A stretch of 64,000 nucleotides of DNA from a virus. The DNA is taken from the IMG/VR virus record IMGVR_UViG_3300044691_000116, positions 9,234 through 73,233 of that record. One strand, written 5' to 3'. Each line of letters starts with the position of its first letter. Position 1 is the stretch's first letter. Made by a program: the position numbers and the translations under genes. Positions 26,127-34,588 of the stretch are shown here, in pieces. The notes beneath the pieces were generated by a model. It was not told where the DNA came from. It saw only the letters and a program-made list of their open reading frames with translations, and did no database searches.

Positions 26127-27239
26127 TCACGTGCCTGAGCCCCGAACAACGGCATAAGGCCTTTTGCACAGCAGGCCCGCCGTCGACATGGAATAGTCCT
26201 CGAGGTACGACTTCGCCTTCTTCTCCACGCCGAGCGCCATGAACTTGGCCGGCACGATCTGCTCGAACACGCGGCTGTTGTCCGAGGCGCCGTCATCGAC
26301 GGACTCGGCGTACAGGTAGAACACGTTCGCGCCACCGTTGGCCGCGTTCAGTTGCGGCGCCGATTCGACACGCATCTGCGGGTAGGTCTCGCGGATCCAG
26401 CCCATGACGGACTGGTTGCCGTAGACCGCCACGGTCGACAGATACCCGTAGGTGTTCGTCGACACGACCAGGGTGGTCGGCGTGGTGCCCGGGTTGATGG
26501 TGTCTTGCGACTGCGTCTGCAGCTTCACGACCGCCTGGCGGATGTCGGCGGTGATCTCGGTGAACGTCTTGGACGACCACAGGGGCGAACCGCTGACACC
26601 GTTGGCGATGGTGTAGTACGACGGCAGGCTCGGGTCGTTCAGGAAACCGTACGTGCGGTTGTTGCCCGAGTTGTAGCCGAAGAAGCCGATGACGTTGCGC
26701 TGCACCTCGAGCGACTGAGCGGCGCTGTTGCGCTTCTCGGCCGCCGAATTGATGCGGATGCGCGCCGCGCGGGCTTCCTCGAGCACGCTGACTTGCAGAC
26801 CCTTCTCGAAGCGCACGATGGTGCGGCGCTCGAAGTTGGTGTTCCAGCTCGAGAGCGGAACCTGCGTCAGGTCACCGTACGGAACGGCAACGCCGATCGG
26901 CTCGAGGACGCCCTGCACGACTTCCTCGTCTTCCCACGAACCGATGGTCGTGACGCCGACGAGGGTGTCGATCTTGCGCGCCGCGGTGATCGTCTTCACG
27001 AAGCCGGGCAGCCATGCTTGCAGGAACTGCACGGGCGTGGTGATCGATGCGGTGGTGATCAGACCTTGCTGATCGTCCATGCCGAATCCGGCGAAGCCAG
27101 CCATCTTGTTGACGACCGCTTCTGAGAAACCGATGCCGACGCCGCCAAGGGCTGCGAAGTCATTCACATCCTCCGCGGTCATCACCATCGGGCGCACATC
27201 GCGCGGGGCGATGTAGCTGCGTTCTTGAGACTTGATCAT
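26127..27239 (-). CDS. Major capsid protein (DUF2184-like)
   Basis: PVQFLQ.WLPG, G.W.D, YGD, N..GF.G, YGFLNDP. Confidence 0.9.
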   Translation of the reverse strand: MIKSQERSYIAPRDVRPMVMTAEDVNDFAALGGVGIGFSEAVVNKMAGFAGFGMDDQQGLITTASITTPVQFLQAWLPGFVKTITAARKIDTLVGVTTIGSWEDEEVVQGVLEPIGVAVPYGDLTQVPLSSWNTNFERRTIVRFEKGLQVSVLEEARAARIRINSAAEKRNSAAQSLEVQRNVIGFFGYNSGNNRTYGFLNDPSLPSYYTIANGVSGSPLWSSKTFTEITADIRQAVVKLQTQSQDTINPGTTPTTLVVSTNTYGYLSTVAVYGNQSVMGWIRETYPQMRVESAPQLNAANGGANVFYLYAESVDDGASDNSRVFEQIVPAKFMALGVEKKAKSYLEDYSMSTAGLLCKRPYAVVRGSGT

Positions 27240-27252
27240 GTCAGTGCTCCGA

Positions 27253-27759
27253 TCAGTTGGTCAGGCGGATGGCCACGAGGCCGGCCACCGAAGTGAGGTT
27301 GCGCACGACGCAGTTCGGAACGAACGCGTTGCCCGAGCCAGCGGCAGCACCCGGAGCGACTGCACCGAGAGCGCCCGTCGCTGTGGCGTAGACCACGAGG
27401 TCGCCGATGTTGGCGGCGGTCGTGAGGGCCACGACCATCGTTCCCATCAGGACGAAGTCGCCGTCCGATTGATCGGGCAGCGTCAGCGTCGGGGTCAGCG
27501 TTCCGGACGTGGTGCCCGAAGTCGAGTATTCCTTCGGGTTGGCCAGGATGCCGGCGAAGACGGTCGAGCCGTTCGTGATCGCGCCGCCGACCGTTGCGAT
27601 GTCCGTGGTGTTGGACTTCGTATAGGCGTAGCCGATGACGTTGGGCGTGCCCGACGAATTGATGGTGGCCTTGCTCGCGCGCAGCGGGCCATCGTTGATG
27701 AGTTCACCGATGACGCCGTAGGCGTAGGTGATGTTCACAGTGGATTGGAAAGCGCTCAT
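27253..27759 (-). CDS. Capsid cement/decoration protein
   Basis: FQS.V....GV.GE...DGP.R...FAGIL.NPK; upstream of the major capsid gene. Confidence 0.8.
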   Translation of the reverse strand: MSAFQSTVNITYAYGVIGELINDGPLRASKATINSSGTPNVIGYAYTKSNTTDIATVGGAITNGSTVFAGILANPKEYSTSGTTSGTLTPTLTLPDQSDGDFVLMGTMVVALTTAANIGDLVVYATATGALGAVAPGAAAGSGNAFVPNCVVRNLTSVAGLVAIRLTN

Positions 27760-27762
27760 GGC

Positions 27763-29295
27763 TTAGGCCCCCTTGTTGAGGTGACGGGTGACGAAGTTGC
27801 TGCCGGTGCCCGTGTCCATCGCTGCGGCGGTCTTGGCCGTCGCAGCCTTGGCGGGATCGCCCTTGGCGAGCAGGTAGCCCGAGAGAACCGCGGCTTCTTG
27901 GCCGGCTTGGGCCTTGATGCCCAGCTGCTTGACGCCGTAGGAGGCGACTTCAGCTTCGTTCATCTCGGAGTGGTCGAAGGTGCCGATGTGGGCGGACAGC
28001 TGCTTGGCGAGCGTGTCGCGGCGAGCGATCTGGCCAACGAGTTCCTTGAAGGTCAGGGCGGCGTCCATCGACATGTCGGGGTTCTTGTCGGAGTCAGCCG
28101 CTTTGGCTTCCTCTTTCTTGTCGTCCTTCTTGTCGTCGTCCTTCTTCTCGAAGTCGGCGTCTTCAGCCTTCTTCTCGTCGTCCTTGTCGTCCTTCTTTTC
28201 GTCGGACTTCTCGGCTTCGTCCATGATCATCTTGATCGCGGGCATCGCCTGCTTGAGGGTCGCGAGTGCAGCGTCCAGCGTCATGCCGGAGCCGCCCTCG
28301 TTTTCTTTGTCAGCCATGGGTGGCTCCTTGGGTAGTGAGGTGGATTGATCGATCGAGTCCAAGACCGCAACGTCTGGCCCCATGCGCCCGGAATGAACCA
28401 GCGCCAAGTGATTGCCGCGAATCGTTCGCTGGATAGCGTCGTAGGCCGCACCTTGGAAAACTCCCTTGGTGAAGTCATAGACACAGCGATAGCCGCACGA
28501 CAATTCCCGCTTCCCGGCTTCGATCAGGCCCGCCATGGATTGGGAGAAAACTTTCAGATTCCCGTAGAGGGTTCCGTCTTCGAAGAACACGTCTTCGCCG
28601 ATCACGCCCTGAATGCCCTTGCGCTCGGCGGGCATCAACCCGTCCTCTTCGCTGCCCAGCATCACGTGGTCATCGATCCACGGCAGGAGGCGGAAGCTGT
28701 CGATGCATTCCGGATCGGCGAGCTCTTCGGCCGGCCGGTAGACCCGGTACTGACGGTCAGGGTTTTCCGCGTCGCCGACCTGGCGGCCGAGGTAGGGGAA
28801 GACGCCGACCTTGGAGAGCGGGTTGCGCGAAATCTCCGGCCAGCCGTTCGTATCTACGGTTCGCGCTGACTCGTCCATCGAGACCGCGTCGGTAAGCGCA
28901 AGGTTGATCGCCGCAACGGCTTGGAAGGCACCTGTTATCTGGTCCGCAACGGCCGGATGCAAGGGACTCGGCAAGTCGGACGTCGTTGCCCAGACATAGC
29001 CGTCGTGTTCTTCGTTGAGGGTGGGCGCGAAGGTATCGCCGACGCACAGGAACAGCACGAAGCCGCCGCGCTCTTCGAGGAGCGTGATGGCGCTGGGTGC
29101 ATGACCGGTCTCTTCGACGGATTCGCGCACCGCTGCTTGCTCTCCGCTCTCGCCCTCCTCGATTCCGCCAGCCGGGAATCCCCATGTCGACGGGTTCGAG
29201 GCGGCATTGGCTGCGCGCTTGAGCAGCAGCACGCGGTCGCCAGTGATGTAGGCGATGCCGGCAGCCGTGGCAACAGGGGGGAGTTCTTGGGTCAT
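27763..29295 (-). CDS. NUDIX hydrolase fused to DUF2213-like prohead protease/scaffold
   Basis: Nudix box [22 protein letters not shown]; then [31 protein letters not shown]; acidic/Lys scaffold tail. Confidence 0.9.
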   Translation of the reverse strand: MTQELPPVATAAGIAYITGDRVLLLKRAANAASNPSTWGFPAGGIEEGESGEQAAVRESVEETGHAPSAITLLEERGGFVLFLCVGDTFAPTLNEEHDGYVWATTSDLPSPLHPAVADQITGAFQAVAAINLALTDAVSMDESARTVDTNGWPEISRNPLSKVGVFPYLGRQVGDAENPDRQYRVYRPAEELADPECIDSFRLLPWIDDHVMLGSEEDGLMPAERKGIQGVIGEDVFFEDGTLYGNLKVFSQSMAGLIEAGKRELSCGYRCVYDFTKGVFQGAAYDAIQRTIRGNHLALVHSGRMGPDVAVLDSIDQSTSLPKEPPMADKENEGGSGMTLDAALATLKQAMPAIKMIMDEAEKSDEKKDDKDDEKKAEDADFEKKDDDKKDDKKEEAKAADSDKNPDMSMDAALTFKELVGQIARRDTLAKQLSAHIGTFDHSEMNEAEVASYGVKQLGIKAQAGQEAAVLSGYLLAKGDPAKAATAKTAAAMDTGTGSNFVTRHLNKGA

Positions 29296-29308
29296 GGCTG
29301 CACAATTG

Positions 29309-29332
29309 AAAAAGCCCGCGAGGTGCGGGCTT
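29309..29332 (-). terminator. Terminator-like hairpin
   Basis: AAGCCCGC-ACCTC-GCGGGCTTTTT on minus. Confidence 0.65.
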
Positions 29333-29351
29333 GGAATCGAAGTGGTCGAGG

Positions 29352-29600
29352 CTACTCGTTGACGATCTGGTCAACCGGATTCGGAGCGAGTAGCTCGTCC
29401 TCCCAGGCCTTCTCGCAGTGGCGGGCCTCGAACAGGTTCAAGAACTGGCAGACGTAGCCGCAGAACTTGCACTTGCCTTCGAGGATGTCGTGACCCATGC
29501 GAGCCGACAGCGTCATGCGCGGGTCGCCGCCGAAGAGCGTGTTGATCGATTGATCGAAGAGGTGCGCCCAGTTGAAGAGGTATTGCAGGAATTTGCGCAT
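29352..29600 (-). CDS. Phage hypothetical protein
   Basis: DQ..N...GGDP..T.S.R...HC motif. Confidence 0.75.
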   Translation of the reverse strand: MRKFLQYLFNWAHLFDQSINTLFGGDPRMTLSARMGHDILEGKCKFCGYVCQFLNLFEARHCEKAWEDELLAPNPVDQIVNE

Positions 29601-29610
29601 GGCAGGCTCT

Positions 29611-30462
29611 TCAGTCGGTGTCGAAAGTGACAAGGGGGCGCATCTTGCAGCGGCAGCCTGGAAGGTCGCCGGGCTTGCCGTAGACCTTCTCGCCATACAT
29701 ATCGCCGATGTAGGGCGGCTCATCGAGTCGATAGACATTGCCGTTCATGGCGACATGCAGCGGGCGGGGCTCTTTGCTTCCGCCGGCGTGGACCCATTCG
29801 TAGGTCTTCACGCCGATCGCATCCATGCGCGCGGTATTGATGTTGTTGAAGGACTTGCGTACCTGATCCATCGACACATTCCGCGCGTGCCGAATGTTGC
29901 CTTGGTACTGCTTTTCCAGAAACGGCACGAGATCTTTCATGCCGTTCCCGCTCGTGATGGATCGCATCACGGCGCCCTGCACCTTGCCGAGGTAGTTCGT
30001 CGGGATCAACTTGATCAGTCCTACCGCCTCGGTCGTGCTGGCCGTGATGATGTCCAGCAGCTTGGGCGTCATCTGCTTCGGGTCGAGCGTGACCGAGGCG
30101 CTGATCTCGCGCAGGGACATGCCGAGCGTGACCGCACTGTTCTTGACCGTGCGGTCGATCATTCGCTTCGTCGCCCGCTTGGCGAACTTGTTGAACATCG
30201 CCTCGTACTTGTCCAGCAGCCGATTCGTCGCGATGCGCGCCTGACTGCTGATGTTCGTGTGGCCAGCGATCGCGCCTTCGATCGGCTTGGCGTCCATGGC
30301 GTCGTGCGCTGCTTCGAAGAAGAGTGTCGTCAACTCCTTCTTCGTCTCGTCGGCCATGCGGCGAATCAGCGTCAGGATCGCCCAGGTGAACTCCTGTTCA
30401 ATCGCCGCGCTCGGGTTCAGGACGCCGCCCTTGAGCGGCTCATTCCTCCGCGTCGGGGTCAT
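29611..30462 (-). CDS. Minor head protein (MuF / SPP1 gp7-like)
   Basis: DQ..K, YEW.H.GG..EPR..H, PG....CRC. Confidence 0.9.
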   Translation of the reverse strand: MTPTRRNEPLKGGVLNPSAAIEQEFTWAILTLIRRMADETKKELTTLFFEAAHDAMDAKPIEGAIAGHTNISSQARIATNRLLDKYEAMFNKFAKRATKRMIDRTVKNSAVTLGMSLREISASVTLDPKQMTPKLLDIITASTTEAVGLIKLIPTNYLGKVQGAVMRSITSGNGMKDLVPFLEKQYQGNIRHARNVSMDQVRKSFNNINTARMDAIGVKTYEWVHAGGSKEPRPLHVAMNGNVYRLDEPPYIGDMYGEKVYGKPGDLPGCRCKMRPLVTFDTD

Positions 30463-31933
30463 CGTCCAACGGAGGTTCAACTTCCTGCGACAGGTCAACG
30501 CCCGCATAGCCGCTGGCCGGATCCAGGCCGAGGCGCTGGCGCTCGTCTTCGCTGGCAAGGGCGCCGGACGCAATCAACGCTGCGCCAGTCTGTGCTTTCA
30601 CTAGATTCGTGTCGGCCTGCTCCTTGGCGGTCGGGCTATCGAGCGGGCGCCATTCGACAGTGGTCTCGATCTTCTTGTTGCCGACCTCGGAGCGCATAAC
30701 CAGCAGGTGATGACGCTCGATGAATGGCGTCAGGTCGTGCGCTTGGATGCTCTCCAACTCTTCGTGGTAGCTGGCCTCTTCGTAATCTCCCGTGGCGTTG
30801 AAGCCCTTTGGCGTCGTGCCAAGTAGCTTCGTGCTCGGGATGTTCGCTGCGGCCGCCACGATCTGGTATTGCGTCATGATGACGCTATCCAGGTCGGCGA
30901 GGCTGGTGTCGAATTGGTTGAATTCGTCGCCTTCCTTGTCGCCGAGCTTGATCGCGTAGTTATCGCGGAACGCCACCCAGTCGTTCATGCGGCTGACGGC
31001 TTCATCGCCGAGCGCCACGAACTTGGCCATGTCCGTCATGAACACCGTCGTGCGCTTCGTCTGCGCCAGCTGCGGAGCCTCGTTGGCGACGCGCTCGGCC
31101 GCATAGACCCGCTCCATGATCCGCTGCGGCAACGGAACGCCCCCATACATGTACTGCGGCTTGAGCAGGTCGGGCAGGTCGCCGTTGCGGTAGATGATCA
31201 GGTGCGAGCGGTGGTAGCGCACGCCGTTGATCTGCCACCATGTCGGCTCGTAGAAGTGCCTCGTGTCCGGGCGCGACGACGAGGCCTGATCGAGTTGCGG
31301 CGCCGTCCAGTACGGGTCGACCTGCACGATGCCTTTGTAAGAGCCGGGCGTCACGCCGTCGGCGTTGAACGGCTTCGTGTAGTACTCGGGATCGCTCGAA
31401 TCGACCTTGAACAGCGCGATGCGGATGCCAAAGATCCGGCCCATGCGCACGAATTGCTCGAGATTCCAGTTCAGCCGCATCGAGCGATCGGCCTTGTGGA
31501 GGATCTTGAGCGTCTTCTCGTCCATGTCGTCGCCGTCGACATTCACGACGTCGAAGCCCTGACGGATTGCGTCGCGCGCCGGGACGGTGCAGGCCTTGTC
31601 GATCAGCCAGTGTTGCGCCAGGATCGCGCACATCTGGTGCCCGATGAACGTCTGCGAGGCGTACCACATCGCCAGGACTTCTGGCAGGTTCTGCGCGGTC
31701 GCGGCCATCTTGAGCGCGATGCCGCCCGAGCCGTCGTCGTCCATGACGCCGCCCACCTGGATCTTTGGCGCCTTGTTGATTAGCTCCCGAATATGGTCGC
31801 CTATCTGGAATAAGCGCCCACGTTCTTCGGCAAAGTGCGTGCTCCAGAATGAGCCGCCGGCCTCTTTCGACGCGGCTGGTTGCGGCGGCGCCGAGGTTTC
31901 CCGGTTGCCGAAGACCCACGAGAACATGCCCAT
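30440..31933 (-). CDS. Portal protein (DUF1073-like)
   Basis: FIGHQ.CA...QHWLI.KAC..P..DA.R, IP.TKLLG..P.G.NATG; start MGMFSW by TGATG coupling. Confidence 0.9.
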   Translation of the reverse strand: MGMFSWVFGNRETSAPPQPAASKEAGGSFWSTHFAEERGRLFQIGDHIRELINKAPKIQVGGVMDDDGSGGIALKMAATAQNLPEVLAMWYASQTFIGHQMCAILAQHWLIDKACTVPARDAIRQGFDVVNVDGDDMDEKTLKILHKADRSMRLNWNLEQFVRMGRIFGIRIALFKVDSSDPEYYTKPFNADGVTPGSYKGIVQVDPYWTAPQLDQASSSRPDTRHFYEPTWWQINGVRYHRSHLIIYRNGDLPDLLKPQYMYGGVPLPQRIMERVYAAERVANEAPQLAQTKRTTVFMTDMAKFVALGDEAVSRMNDWVAFRDNYAIKLGDKEGDEFNQFDTSLADLDSVIMTQYQIVAAAANIPSTKLLGTTPKGFNATGDYEEASYHEELESIQAHDLTPFIERHHLLVMRSEVGNKKIETTVEWRPLDSPTAKEQADTNLVKAQTGAALIASGALASEDERQRLGLDPASGYAGVDLSQEVEPPLDDDPDAEE

Positions 31934-33306
31934 CAGCCGAACCAGCTCGTCTTCTTCATCACGCCCGGCAGGAACGCCATGATGAAGGCGTCCGCCAGAT
32001 TGGGAGAGGCGACCTCGCGTTTGGCAAGATCCTTCTTGCTCTCGACCTTGACCCGCCCGGCGGCGTCGTAGTCGCGCAGCGGGGTTGAGAGTTCGTCCAT
32101 GAGCTTGTCCAGGTTCGGCATCGCGCTGTCGATGAAGATCATGTCTTCGTCGGCAAACTTCTGCCCGTTGCGCACGGCGTTGTAGGTGTTGCGCAGCCTG
32201 TCGGCCACGAGCCACCACGCCTGTGCTTTGATGTTCGAGAAGAAGTCTTTGTTCTTCATCTCGGTGTCGCCGTACTTGGCGTCGGGTCGGAAAACCGCGC
32301 CGCCGGCGAAGAACTTCATGTGCTCGACGTTCGGGCCATCGGTCGCGTTGAGCTCGTTGAACTTGGCCCCGGCGCTGGCGCCTACGCCGATGGCGTCGTA
32401 GATGACCAGTGACCCGTGGGTCCGGGCATCTGAGTGCACGCGGGTGCACGACTTCAGGAGCTCGTCTTCCTTGCCGCGCCACGTGTCCGATGACGTGGCA
32501 AGCGGGCCGACCGCGTCAACCGTAGCACAGGCATCCTCGCCAGCATCGGCGATGTCGAAGCCTTTGCGCTTGCTACCGCGGATCTCAATCTCGAGCGCCT
32601 TGTGCGCATCCAATGCGGCCATGAGCCACGATCGCTTGATGACGACGCGCTCGTCGTCGAGCATCGGAACGCCTTCGTAGACGTGCAGATAGTTGTCGTA
32701 GTCCGCCGCCTTTCGCTTCTCGATCACCTTGCGGCTGGTGTCCGAGAGGAATGGGTTTTCGTCGTAGTTGATCTTCCGGACGATCGTGTCGCCATCCGGA
32801 TTGAGCACGAAGGTCTTGTAGACAAAGTCCGTCGCCAACTTCGGGTTGAAGACGACCCAGACCTGTGACCCGTTCTTGCGAATCGTGGGCTCCAGGATGT
32901 CCCACTGCGCTTTCGTGAGGTAGTGGCCCTCCTCGATCCAGAGGATGTCCACGCCCTCTAGGGACTTCACCTCGGCGATGTTGCGCGCCAAGCCGTAGAA
33001 CAGGAACTCCGTCCCGGTGATCCGGTTCGTGATCTTGTTGTGCAGGATCTCGAAGCGATTCGAAAGCCCGAACCGTTCGATCTGGATCTTCAGGAGGGCG
33101 TAGACGCTCTCTTCGATTTTGTTCTGGAACTGCCGGGTGCACAGGATCCGGAGCTTCGCCGCATTCGCCAGGAACGTCGCCATGCCAGCGGCGTCCCACG
33201 ACTTCGACGAGTCCCGCCCACCGTACAAGACTCGGTTCCGGTATCCCTTGGCTTCCCAGAATGGCCGCAGGGCCGGGTTCAGCGTCGGGAGGCTATCGCT
33301 CCCCAT
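31933..33306 (-). CDS. terL: Terminase large subunit (PBSX-like)
   Basis: Walker A GGRDSSKS, Walker B ILWIEE, FNP, nuclease GFDIAD...SPNLADA. Confidence 0.95.
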   Translation of the reverse strand: MGSDSLPTLNPALRPFWEAKGYRNRVLYGGRDSSKSWDAAGMATFLANAAKLRILCTRQFQNKIEESVYALLKIQIERFGLSNRFEILHNKITNRITGTEFLFYGLARNIAEVKSLEGVDILWIEEGHYLTKAQWDILEPTIRKNGSQVWVVFNPKLATDFVYKTFVLNPDGDTIVRKINYDENPFLSDTSRKVIEKRKAADYDNYLHVYEGVPMLDDERVVIKRSWLMAALDAHKALEIEIRGSKRKGFDIADAGEDACATVDAVGPLATSSDTWRGKEDELLKSCTRVHSDARTHGSLVIYDAIGVGASAGAKFNELNATDGPNVEHMKFFAGGAVFRPDAKYGDTEMKNKDFFSNIKAQAWWLVADRLRNTYNAVRNGQKFADEDMIFIDSAMPNLDKLMDELSTPLRDYDAAGRVKVESKKDLAKREVASPNLADAFIMAFLPGVMKKTSWFG

Positions 33307-33919
33307 AGAAGAAGCCCAACCCCGCCGGCGCCTTGTCGTCGCCTCCCGCCTCGGCCCCGATGTTGTAGGCCTCGCGCTCGAGACCAACCAGATGGCGCAA
33401 GGTTTCGGCCAGCGCCTTCATGGTCTTGGTGCGTTCCGGCAGGCTGATGACCGCTTGGTAGATGTCGTTCAGCTTGTCGACGCCGTTCTCGTTTTCCTTG
33501 CGCAGCATGACGCCGAGGTCGACCAGGGCCGGGAGGTTGCCGGTCTGGCTCTCGAGTTCGGCGATTAGGGTCTCGGTCAACTCCTGAGCCCTCGCGGCCA
33601 TGCGGCGATGCTTGATGCGGACGCCGGCCTGCTGTGCGGCCACGCTCTCCACAACCTCGCGCTCGGTGGCCGCCGGTACGCCACTTTCTTGCGTACCGGT
33701 CTTGCGTACCGACTCCTTGCGTACCAAGTCATCGGCCTTCGCCTTGATCTTGGCGCCGATGTCTCGCGTCCAGCCGTCGCGCTTGACGCGCTTGCGGATC
33801 GATCCCTCGGTGATGCCCCCCACCTGGGAAGCGATCTCGCGCAGGGTCAGGATGCCGGCCCGGTAGGCGATCTCGATCCGCTCCCAGTCGATCACTCGGC
33901 GAGGCTTGGGGTCGGTCAT
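33293..33919 (-). CDS. terS: Terminase small subunit
   Basis: DWERIE..YRAG..TLREIA...IRKR.KR.GW.RD HTH; LEREAY. Confidence 0.9.
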   Translation of the reverse strand: MTDPKPRRVIDWERIEIAYRAGILTLREIASQVGGITEGSIRKRVKRDGWTRDIGAKIKAKADDLVRKESVRKTGTQESGVPAATEREVVESVAAQQAGVRIKHRRMAARAQELTETLIAELESQTGNLPALVDLGVMLRKENENGVDKLNDIYQAVISLPERTKTMKALAETLRHLVGLEREAYNIGAEAGGDDKAPAGLGFFYGER

Positions 33920-34036
33920 AGGGGGTTACTCAACAATGGACAACCACTCGGGGCCGTTTAGACTGACCCAGCGGCGGGATGGGTGCGTGAGGCGCCCTCC
34001 CCGCTGCGGGTTCTGTTCTTCAACTGAGGGGGAAAC

Positions 34037-34588
34037 ATGAAACGCTACTTCTTGGCGGGAGCCGCTGCATTGCTGGCGAGCTCCGCAGCGCTGGCCGACG
34101 TGACTTTTGCGATCCCGCTCTCGGGGACGATGACGTACTCGGCCGACATCTGCGACCATCCGGACGGATCAACGGATGGCTGCTCGATCACGACACCGTT
34201 CACGGGGCCGCTTGAGGTGGTCCTACCTTCGGCGGCTGACGGGTTCTACTTCGCGCCAGGGATCACGATGTTTCTGGGCTCGCCTGCGTACAGCATCACG
34301 AGCTCGTCGGACTATCAGTTCGGTGTCACCGTCTTGGGCGGCAGGATCACCGACATCTATGCAGACGCTGCGGTGGGCAGCGGGTACATGGCTGTGAATA
34401 TGGGCGGTCCGACCGGGTTGCACCTGGAGGACGGGGATGTACACGGGTACACCGTGATTGATGCGGCGCTGATCGTGCCAGAACCTAGCGCTGCGGGCTT
34501 GGTTCTCGCCGGGGTCGGCCTTTTGGCGACCCGCTCCCGGCGTCGAGCAGGTTACGGGAAGACTGTCGCCGGCACTGCCAGCGATTGA
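34037..34588 (+). CDS. Secreted PEP-CTERM sorting-domain protein (moron)
   Basis: Sec signal MKRYFLAGAAALLASSAALA; C-terminal VPEPS + TM (AAGLVLAGVGLLAT) + RSRRR; GAGGGGG RBS; opposite strand to the late operon. Confidence 0.9.
   Translation: MKRYFLAGAAALLASSAALADVTFAIPLSGTMTYSADICDHPDGSTDGCSITTPFTGPLEVVLPSAADGFYFAPGITMFLGSPAYSITSSSDYQFGVTVLGGRITDIYADAAVGSGYMAVNMGGPTGLHLEDGDVHGYTVIDAALIVPEPSAAGLVLAGVGLLATRSRRRAGYGKTVAGTASD

Noticed and set aside
28100-28225. Tandem CTT/GTC-rich DNA repeats
   Set aside because: They encode the Asp/Lys/Glu low-complexity scaffold linker
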